Shown: positions 19,339 to 27,876 of the stretch, one piece after another
How the letters are laid out: the number at the start of each line of letters is the position of its first letter
Position numbering within the stretch: the first letter of the stretch is position 1
Assembly (NCBI GenBank): GCA_963825865.1
Contig: CAWGVG010000040.1
Location: 1 to 27,876, forward strand
DNA from: an uncultured Nitrososphaeraceae archaeon
GTDB lineage: Archaea > Thermoproteota > Nitrososphaeria > Nitrososphaerales > Nitrososphaeraceae
Direction: 5' to 3'
Length of the DNA: 27,876 bases
Translations under genes and position numbers: made by a program
Notes under the pieces: model-generated
What the model was told of the DNA's origin: nothing
The model's database searches: none
The model's input: only the letters and a program-made list of their open reading frames with translations

Positions 19339-21346
19339 CTATTGTACTTTAAAAGTTTTCTTCATTAGATCTTTAGTCTTTGGATTTGACTTTAGATAAT
19401 AAATTATCTCTTTTGCTCCTATCCTTCTCAAAAAATATCCCATTCCACCAGGTCTTTTTTCTTCTTCTCCTTCTTTTAATCTATTTTTTATAAAAAATTC
19501 AAACAAGGTATCTGTAACTGATGCTACGTCTTTACGGGGTACGAAGTGAAGATATTGTTCTTTAGTATCTGGATCTATTAGTGGCCCACCTTGGTGTCTT
19601 CCATCCTCTGTTCCCATTATTGTTAGTTGATAAAGATTAAAACCGGTTCCTATCCATCCAACTGTCTTTGTTGCAGGCCTATAACATTGCTTTTCGCAGC
19701 CTGTCACTCCTATTGATTCGTTTAGATCTCCCCATTTATCCTCTAGTTGATCAAGTAGGTAAGGTTCAAACTTTTCAGAATCAGTGTAAGTCAATCTGCA
19801 AGTATCCCTTCCAACACATGCTCCAGACAACGTTCTTAATTTTGAATATGGTCGTTGTTGTACTATCTTTGATTTTGATGAACCTGTACTACCATTGTAG
19901 TTGTTATTATTAGTTGCATCAAGTGTTATTTTGCGTATTCCATAACCAAAAATCCTCATATCATTTTTGAACTGTTCTTTTTCATTACTGCCTAAATTTG
20001 AAAATAATAAATGCTGATTTGGTGTTGTAAAAATAAGAGCATGTGGATATTTGTCCATTAGATACTTTATCATGCTCTTTAAATTACCATTTGGACTGCC
20101 ATCGGTAATTCTACCATTTTCTATGAACGTACCGTAACACCATTTCGTATTGTTATTGCTACTATCATCAACTTCATCTGTATTTTGCTTTATCCAGCCA
20201 AGATGCAAATTTCTGTTCCCATAATCATAATCTTGCATTGGCAATTCAAAATCCATCCGACTATTACTATAACTACCAACAACATCTTTTACCTGTCCTC
20301 TAAGCCATTCAATCCCTTTCGCTTTAACTAAATATTTTAGCCTAGCCCAATGTCTATTTTCTCTATCTCCCCATTCTTTATGAACTCTTACTATGGCATC
20401 AAGTCCTTCCAGTAGATTATCTTCAGTGAAAATCCCAAAAGGCTCTCCAAGAGTTGAGAACGTTGATTTACCTGATAGTTGACCTTGACTTCCCCCAACA
20501 TAAACTTGGAATCTATCTACTTTACCATTATAATTACCATTATCACCATACAATTGGAGCAATACCTATATCATTTGTTCTTAGCTCTACACAATTATCG
20601 GGAACGTATTTCTTTTTTTCTACGTCAAAGTGAATCGCTGAAAAAGCTATTTTGAATTTTCTGTTAAGCTGATTTGTACCATAATCAAATCTAGTTACTC
20701 CTGTCTCTCTATCTAAGAGTCCAGCTTTTCTAAGGTAATTTGGATTTATTTCAAAAACTTCTATATAAGCTGCTGTAGGAAGAGCAAAATATTTACCAAT
20801 TTTCTGAGCCCATTTATTAGCATTAAAAACTTTAGAATAAAAGGATAAAGGACAACCAATTACATTTCGAGTGTTATCTCCACAACCATTGATTGTAAAG
20901 AATCCAGATTTTGCTATTTGTTCAATTACATCGACTAAATTCTTTTTTCTGACCCAATGAAGTTGTATATTTTGTCTTGTCGTTATTCTAAGGCTAGGTC
21001 TGGCATTATTAGGATATGCATCAGAAGGACCTATTGTATAAGTATCAGCTATTCTGTCAAGTATGTCCCATTGTTGAGAGGTAATTGGACCTCCTCCCGG
21101 TATGCTTATACGTAGCATATATATCCAATCCTTTTCATTTCCTGTTCTTGCTCTATTGAATTCCAGATAGATACCATGTGATTTTGCTATTTGTTCAGAT
21201 TCCCATGAGATATTTTGGTAAGAGTAGTCTCTGAACTCGTTAAATAGATTCCCTCTAAGCTCATTAGAGTTAATCTTTGTAATCTCTACTTTAGAGTAAT
21301 CCTTGGAATTAGTTCTGAAGTTTGGATTTATGTTATTATCAAGCAT
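19339..21346 (-). CDS. sir: Ferredoxin-dependent sulfite/nitrite reductase (siroheme, 4Fe-4S), split by a frameshift near 20550
   Basis: MLRISIPGG, RITTRQNIQLH, CGDNTRNVIGC, RKFKIA, NDIG, VGG, R..ARLKY, ENGRI, TPNQ, and ligands ACVGRDTC...GVTGCEKQC. The two track ORFs form one protein. Confidence 0.9.
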
Positions 21347-21603
21347 ACTGAAAATAGAATATGTAGTCTAGAAATATGCAATTGATGCTATTTAAAATAT
21401 ATGTTAAAAGTGGTTGTTGTACGAATATATTTACTAGCTTCAATGAGCTGTATTTAGCTTAGCTCTAATATTCATTTGAATTGTGATTTACTGGAGATGC
21501 TATAATGGGGATTTAGTCAGACATGATAAGAGATAGTTGTTGATATCAATGTGATTGATGACTAGAAAAATAGTTTAAATTGTTGCTCGTCTATTTTTAG
21601 CTA

Positions 21604-21876
21604 GTGGAAAATCAGGGCAGTACTACTAGTTGTGACTCTCGCATCCATGCTTATAAGAATGGCAAAACCATGGAGCAGTGTAGACAAGAAGCAAGAAAAA
21701 CTACAGAATTATTATCAAAAGAAGTTTCAAAGATAGGGGAGGTTTCATGGAAAAGAGTATTGGAAGTAACACACTATGATGAACTGGTGTATAAATTGAC
21801 TTTAAAGTATCTTCGACAAAAAGGCTATGATATTGGCAATAACACAATTCCACGTATAAGAAACATTTGCATGTAA
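21604..21876 (+). CDS. Conserved hypothetical protein
   Basis: Intact 90-aa ORF (GTG start) preceded by an A-rich BRE and TTTAAAT at ~21567-21580. Confidence 0.7.
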   Translation: MENQGSTTSCDSRIHAYKNGKTMEQCRQEARKTTELLSKEVSKIGEVSWKRVLEVTHYDELVYKLTLKYLRQKGYDIGNNTIPRIRNICM

Positions 21877-22094
21877 AACATTTCCCTAAACACAGGTCGG
21901 ATTTATATTGAATCCCACAAGAAAAATAACAACAGCTAATAAGTTTTGAAGATGAACCGATATTTTCTTACTGTATATGATATTTTGAGTTTTTGTTATA
22001 GACTAAATCAATCATCAAATACTATTTACCACCAGTTTTTGTCTTATCCTCAACTAATTTGAATGTGGATAATTGCTTGTATGCTAAAATGCCA

Positions 22095-22374
22095 CATCAG
22101 TCAAAGCAAAAAATATTCAGCGAGATAATAGGGTAAGCATATGCATAGACGATCAGATACCGCCCTTTTCCTTTGTAACAATTTTTGGCACTGCAAAAAT
22201 ATATCCTTACAAACAAAAGGAGGTTTTCAAATGGGCAAAGAAAATTCAGCTCGATATATGGGAAAGGGAAATGCAGAGGCATATGGCAGAAGGAATAGTG
22301 AGGAAGGTCTAGTGCTTGTACGAATAAAACCTACAAGAATACTTGCAGAAAAAGATATAGCTGCTTGGGAGTGA
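22095..22374 (+). pseudogene. PPOX-class (F420/FMN split-barrel) oxidoreductase, 5'-truncated and frameshifted
   Basis: SVKAKNIQRDNRVSICIDDQIPPFSFVTIFGTA, then shifted ARYMG...AEAYGRRN...VLVRIKPTRI. Confidence 0.8.
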
Positions 22375-22478
22375 CGCTTATTATATCAGTCTATAAATTC
22401 TTTGACATCTGTTGTTATCTAAATTTATTACAAATGCTGCTGTGGTATATCATGTCATAAATTTTGTATCAGACTAAC

Positions 22479-22544
22479 CATCATCTATCAAACCCGAATT
22501 AGAAAAAGAAAAACATAAAGTTGAAGATGCTGTTACTGTAGATA
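22479..22544 (+). repeat. Second (inverted) copy of the 66-bp segment at 17812-17877
   Basis: CATCATCTATCAAACCCGAATTAGAAAAAGAAAAACATAAAGTTGAAGATGCTGTTACTGTAGATA; 2 mismatches to copy 1. Confidence 0.9.
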
Positions 22545-22624
22545 AGCGCGATAATAACAATTCATTCGGTGATGAAAGAATGAAGGATAAATTCCTCTGG
22601 CATGGAGATATCGGAATAGCGAAT

Positions 22625-22830
22625 TTACACAGGAACTTCCACGTACGCGTCCCGTTTGGTATAGGACGCATTCAGACCATTCAGACTGGCATTTTGCCTT
22701 GAACTTATCAACGACCTTCTTTACCTTATTCGAACCTCTCACTAGCGTGGCTTTGAATGTGATCGCAATTTCATCCACACTAAGTTCAATATGTGGTCTT
22801 GAACCAGTTACTCTCGGAGCCCTGGTAGGT
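22625..22830 (-). pseudogene. Fragment of a deazaflavin-dependent nitroreductase-like protein
   Basis: Across frames: GSESNWFK, P.IELSV, KVVDKFKAK, YTKRDAYVEVPV-stop. Confidence 0.5.
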
Positions 22831-22984
22831 GCTGTTAAGTTAAGCGTTGTCGCCTCCCATCATGTCCTGCGACCAGTACAGAATGCCGATCCTCGTTAAG
22901 TGCTACTGAAACATGTGCCACCAATGGAGGCGCTGATCGTCCAAAGCGTATGACAGCCTTTACATGCCGAAAACAAATTCACCT

Positions 22985-23398
22985 CTATCCTTTGCTTTCA
23001 ACATGATCAACAACAAAATTAAGTTTTTCTTTTTCTATAAGGGAAATCACCTTTTCCATTAGTATCGCGTCATAATTTCTTTCTTCCGCATCTAGTGTTA
23101 TAAGCAAATAGTAATTGTCATTTATGGGAATTGTAACCCTATTCAATTTTTCATACCTGCCAAAGGCGTATATCAGCTTACCTATTTTTGATTCAAATTT
23201 TGTTCTAGTCTTCTGTCTTGTTACATACTTGATGCATACTCTTCATTTTCTTCTTGAGTCATAAGAGGTTTTAATCCCTCCCTATAGTCTGCATTAAGAA
23301 TAACACCAAATTCATCAGTAATAGCCATCCATCTGATGGTACTTGTCAAGGTTTAACAATTGTTTGCTGAAGGCATAAAGAAATTCATAGTCTATCAT
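22985..23398 (-). pseudogene. Thaumarchaeal roadblock/DUF6659-like protein with about 3 frameshifts
   Basis: Stitched: MIDYEF...LDKY/IRWMAITDEFGVILNADYREGLKPLMTQEE/RTKFESKIGKLIYAFGRYEKLNRVTIPI..YYLLITLD/IL.EKVISLI. Confidence 0.65.
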
Positions 23399-23520
23399 GT
23401 ATTTATTATAACAATAGGTAAATGTACTTATGATTTTCTTCTGCATTGTTGCATAACTAACCATTCTGTTAATGGAATTTGACCTAGGTGAGTTTAGCTT
23501 ACCTCTTATAATGAAGCACA

Positions 23521-23728
23521 TTGGTTAATTGGCTCAGCTATAACGAATTATTGGTTAGACGTGGTGAAGTAGTTTTAGACTTTGATGTTATTGATAACTG
23601 GAATAATGAACTAGATAATATGAATAATGGTAAGGAAGGTGCATCCTATAGGTACCCAGATTCTTTTGTTCAACTACTTGGTTATATGCGAGTTTATTTT
23701 CACCTTCCATACAGACAAACACAAGGTA
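23521..23728 (+). mobile_element. IS5-family transposase N-terminal fragment
   Basis: NW.SYNE.LVRRGE, G..YRYPDSF, HLPYRQT.G; truncated before the DDE domain. Confidence 0.85.
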
Positions 23729-23749
23729 AACTGCTTTCTAATTTATGTA

Positions 23750-23842
23750 ACTCATTTAGTAGTTGAGTTTTTACAAGAATATTTTGCTATTGCCAATAAA
23801 ATTGTTCACAAACATAATGGGATTTTAGATAAATTTATTGGA
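23750..23842 (+). pseudogene. Second class III cyclase fragment
   Basis: LVVEFLQEYFAIANKIVHKHNGILDKFIG, paralogous to 11260-11335. Confidence 0.7.
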
Positions 23843-24445
23843 GTCTTCTTCAGGTTCAATTATCGCGGACTTGTACAATACTGTTATTCAGAATAGGATT
23901 TGTCAGAAACGCCTCTGGGTAGCTCGATGAGGTCCACGTAAAGACACAAACTGTCCTGCTCATAAGACTACCATGAATTCATGGTTTTAGTATTATGATA
24001 GATAGATCCCAGTTATTAGTAATAGAGAGATACTTCATGATTTTTCTGTTATATAACAATAAAGCCAGATGGCGGAGTAGCATGTTTTGATGTATACTAT
24101 GTAGGTAATAGATGATAGGTGATAGATTACAGTAAAATAATGTTGGAACCGTACGAATGCGGTGGAAAAGCAACGATTATTGAAATTCTTACGCATAATA
24201 CCTTCCGAGTTAGGTGCTCCAGCTCCACAATTCTTTATTCATGCATATATTTGGTGTGATGATTATGTAATTGAAATATTCAACAGAATCATATACGACA
24301 ATAATATGATAGTTGTAGACAACATTACTATAGCAGTGAATAGCTGAAAACCCAAAAGAAGATGCTGTTGTCAGTACATAGCAGAGGAACTGTTCTATGG
24401 TCATTCCTATATAGTCAATCTTCTATATATATTATAGGGATAAAT

Positions 24446-25009
24446 ATGTCAACAACTAAAGAACAAAGAATAAAAGAACAAGAATTAACAACATCACAAC
24501 AGCAAGTACAACAACAAGAAGAACACCAACAAGCTATCAATAAAGCATTAGATGAGACCAAGGACAACATCAGAAGAACTACAGATGAAGCAAGGAAAGA
24601 TATCCCGCGTTATACTCAGATTGTAAACGAGGACCAAGAGGAAACTATCCAAGGAGCAAGACAGATGGCGGACAACTACCTGGAATGTCAAAGGGAAATT
24701 ATCAATTCACTGCAGTCAGCATTCGTACCACAGATAGACGCAGCAAATAGAGCAGTTACGTCAAATTGGACATTTCCAAGACATGTGACTGACAACTACG
24801 CAAGATTAGTTAGCACTTTTGCAGACAATACAATTGCGGTAACTAAACTAGTAAACAATGCTGTATTTGCAAACCTAGAAGCATTCAAGACAGCTGTTCA
24901 AACTGCAAGAGATAATGTAAAGGAATTTTCACGAATAGGTGTTAATGCAGCAAAAACATTGGAGCAAACATCAAGGGATACAGCTAGAGTAGCAGTACAG
25001 GCTTTGTAG
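24446..25009 (+). CDS. All-helical Gln/Ala/Asn-rich protein, phasin/apolipoprotein-like
   Basis: Intact 187-aa ORF from ATG 24446 with upstream TATATA; amphipathic helices throughout. Function is inferred. Confidence 0.8.
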   Translation: MSTTKEQRIKEQELTTSQQQVQQQEEHQQAINKALDETKDNIRRTTDEARKDIPRYTQIVNEDQEETIQGARQMADNYLECQREIINSLQSAFVPQIDAANRAVTSNWTFPRHVTDNYARLVSTFADNTIAVTKLVNNAVFANLEAFKTAVQTARDNVKEFSRIGVNAAKTLEQTSRDTARVAVQAL

Positions 25010-25229
25010 GATCCGTGTAGAATCAGAAGAGCAACAACAAAGACGCTTTTAGAAGATGCTGATGCTTCTTCTACCTTTAGTATTTTTGTTATTAAAAGAA
25101 AATTACAATCAAAAAAGATGCAAATAATCTGTATAATATAGAGTACTCTGTAAACCCGTTTAACAACAACACACGAACTCTACGAAAGAGAAGCAAAATC
25201 TTAAATAATTTAGCTTGAATCACCCATTA

Positions 25230-25436
25230 ATGTCTGATGAGATACATCAAATACAAGCACAACAAGATGAATTAAACCGTAAACTTAATGAAAAAATATC
25301 TGATGACTTGAGCAAATTTCAAAAAGCGATGGACGATATATTTAAGCAAAAACAAGTGAGTCAACAAAAATATTTCATTCAGAAAATCAAAGAAGAACAG
25401 GAACAGGCAGACTCAGCTATAAATCAGGTGACTTGA
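25230..25436 (+). CDS. Small coiled-coil hypothetical protein
   Basis: 68 aa from ATG 25230; Q/E/K-rich; TTAAATA at 25201. Confidence 0.55.
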   Translation: MSDEIHQIQAQQDELNRKLNEKISDDLSKFQKAMDDIFKQKQVSQQKYFIQKIKEEQEQADSAINQVT

Positions 25437-25745
25437 TGAGTGCAATGGCTCATAAAGGCAAACCTGTTTTCTACTTGCTCAACCTTATCCTTAATCTTAA
25501 CAACAGACAGAAAACACAACTGATAACGATAGAAACACCATTAGCTTCATCGTAACAACTTATTGTAATTGAGCCAACACTCTACTTTGAAGTCAAATCC
25601 CTTTGAATCAACAAAAACGTTTTTCACAGCTATGTCGATATCTTTTAGTACGATATAGTGGACGTCAAGAATATTGGCACTCTGTTAAATGATTGAGAGC
25701 TACACTCTAGATAGTAAAAACTAATAAGGATAAGAACTTGTTGCA

Positions 25746-26155
25746 ATGAAATATTACAAATTCAATAGGGACAGATCTTTAGACCCTTCAATAGTATAGA
25801 AAGTCATGTAAAAAACTAGGTTACCTTGCAAAAAGAGATAATCTACGTATGTTAGATTCATTTAATTTTGAAAACCAGACTTGGGGTGCTCTGCATAAAG
25901 CTTGGTGTTATCGCCAAGAATAAAGATGAACATGACAGGATGAAATACTATGCTATTGTTATACAGAAGCTCGAACGTGAATTAGGAATCAAAGTCAGTA
26001 GTTTTCCGGAGCTTAAGCTTATGGCCCTTAAATTTTTCCAAGAAAATTCAGAACACTTGCCAGAAGATATCACCGGTGAAGAGGTGCTCGACATGCTTCT
26101 ACAACAGGATAAGGATGTACTAACAAAGCTATACGAAGGTAAGTCTGAAGAGTAA
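25746..26155 (+). pseudogene. Hypothetical protein with nonsense codons and a frameshift
   Basis: MKYYKFNRDRSLDPSIV*KVM*KLGYLAKRDN...TWGALHKAW, then shifted IAKNKDEHDRMKYYAIVIQKLERELG..SSFP. Confidence 0.5.
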
Positions 26156-26894
26156 GAAAAAGACTTCTTTAACTAGCATTAAGTCATGACAGGAACACAA
26201 TACCTTTGAATAGTTTTCACAAGTTATCTTATGCGCTATATAGAGCATATGCTCTTCTCTACTTTAGTTTCCTGCGGTGTCTCAACCTCATTCCGATCCT
26301 GCGATTGACATCAGGTGATGGTGGAAATAATTTGCACAGTGTTGGAGATGAGGGGAATATAGTCTGCTAGATTTTCAATAGCTTGCTGATTGTCTGTTTC
26401 TGAAAGTTTTAAAAGCTGCATTAGTAGCCCTTCCAGAAAATTGAATGTGTGGACCGCAGCCACCGTTTTACCTCGCTCATTTATTCATTGTCACACTCAC
26501 TCATTCTCTCTTGTCTCTCTCCATTTTCTCAGGAATCTATTTGGCCAGGAGCTTTTACCTCCTTGCTTGTCTATCTATGTATGATACTACTACTTGTTCC
26601 ATCATTTCAAAAGTAGTAGATCTTTCTATAGTCTTTGTGGCTTTGCCGTCCACCTAAATCCATAGCTAACTTCAGCCTTCCATTTTTCAAAATTCTTTTG
26701 CCTGCTGTAGTACGACTATTTTTCTTGGATGACAACAAACTATTAATCTGTCATATGTAGTCACTATCACCCTCCCATGTCAGAGCAACGGCTTTGAACA
26801 GGGTTAATTCCTGTTTTCAAAAACATTGCATATATGAGTTATCCAAAAGCAGAGATATTGTGGATTAATTAACTAAACAGTAGTATAGTATTTT

Positions 26895-27120
26895 ACCTTT
26901 AGCTGAGGTTGATAGTGTTGTTGTTGTAATAGTGTTACTACTGCTGATATTTGGCTCTAACTACTGTTTAACAAGGTTCAAATGTACAAGAGCTTTTAGC
27001 ATCACCATTTGTTAATGCTGAAGTGACATCATTTACAAGCACTTTTGCTGATTCAACCAAAGAGGAGTTGCCAAGTGATTTTAACTGTTGGTTTAAAATA
27101 TTCAAATGTACAAGAGCACC
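26895..27120 (-). pseudogene. Fragment of a helical-repeat protein (two ALVHLN units)
   Basis: 17-bp direct repeat TTCAAATGTACAAGAGC at 26977 and 27101. Minus strand reads ALVHLNILNQQL...SALTNGDAK/ALVHLNLVKQ* followed by a Thr/Ser-rich linker. Confidence 0.5.
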
Positions 27121-27324
27121 TCTTTATTCCTCAATGCCTAGATAGTAGAACACTAGGAAAATCCCATTTCTTATAATAGAAATGGTTTTTGCACAAATAC
27201 GATCTCCTTTATTTTAAACCCTTATCATTTGTAAGAGCCAACAAATTGCGCCAAAGTCAATTTATTTGATGAAAAAGATCATGATCATTTGGAGGAGAAC
27301 ACCTGTTATCATGATAATAACAAC

Positions 27325-27552
27325 ATGCTAACATTGGGAGTGCTAGTAGTAATAATAGGAGTAGGAGCCTTTGCAACAATATTGTTGCCGCAGCAACAGG
27401 CGCGTGCTGTTATCACTACTTTCGCTAAACACAACAAATGTAGTGGTGGTGGTGGTGATGATATCATTACCTGCACACATGATCAGAAGGATTCTCATCA
27501 TTCTACAAAAAAAGATTCAACACCTTTCGATCTACCTTTGCCTTTTCCCTAA
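27325..27552 (+). CDS. Small secreted/membrane-anchored protein
   Basis: Hydrophobic N-terminus ending QQQARA (signal-peptidase-like A-x-A), two Cys, C-terminus DSTPFDLPLPFP. Confidence 0.65.
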   Translation: MLTLGVLVVIIGVGAFATILLPQQQARAVITTFAKHNKCSGGGGDDIITCTHDQKDSHHSTKKDSTPFDLPLPFP

Positions 27553-27876
27553 AAAGAAAACAGTTTATTGAATGACTATATGTGAAGCACATGTTTATCG
27601 TTAAAAAATTAAATAGAAAATAGGAATAGCGTAAAAGCTATAGCTAGCTAGCTAGTACGCCATCCTTGTCATCGAACTAGAATGACACAGGAGCTTATTC
27701 TTCAAAATAATAAAAGGTTATGTGAATGCGGTTGTGGCCGAGATATTAGAATTAATCAGTAAGCATCGTGGAGAATCTATTACCTATTAGGACTTAACCT
27801 AAGGCTGGTTGGCTCATTGTTACTAGTTGGCTAGATAGATAGCAGTAATAGTAATAACAATAATACTTTCCACAGC

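Noticed and set aside
23979-24404. Short ORFs on both strands and the 24362 extension of the coiled-coil gene
   Set aside because: No motifs; ATG 24446 with an upstream TATA element is the better start.
26230-26700. ORFs 26390-26584, 26445-26657 and a broken minus-strand frame
   Set aside because: Possibly a decayed gene, but no family could be recognised.
27636-27657. (TAGC)n tract and scattered AAT/CAA/TCA microsatellites
   Set aside because: Simple slippage repeats, common throughout this AT-rich window.

Overview
AT-rich archaeal DNA, most likely from a soil ammonia-oxidising archaeon (Nitrososphaeraceae), judged from gene content and recalled family motifs, not from a search. The left part (1-7290, minus strand) is a core shikimate cluster using the archaeal DKFP route: ADH synthase, DHQ synthase II, an apparent AroD-AroE fusion, GHMP shikimate kinase, EPSP synthase and possibly the first codons of aroC. 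An orphan N4/N6 DNA methyltransferase and a 49-aa C2H2 zinc-finger gene missed by the ORF track sit inside it. The remaining ~20 kb is accessory DNA. It holds a few near-complete genes (TRAM protein, a TFB paralogue, pterin-4a-carbinolamine dehydratase, sulfite/nitrite reductase, a phasin-like coiled-coil protein, small hypotheticals) among about 20 abruptly joined gene fragments (TenA, ArsB/NhaD, P-II, P1B-ATPase, SnoaL, PPOX, IS630, IS5, integrase- and terminase-like pieces). Single-base frameshifts also hit housekeeping genes, so some breaks may be assembly errors. Best leads: a cytoplasmic cupredoxin coupled to a class III nucleotide cyclase, a 65-bp-periodic CCTTATGTAA array, the hidden zinc finger, and a 66-bp inverted duplication of a terminase-small-like remnant. 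No tRNA, rRNA or canonical CRISPR array was seen.
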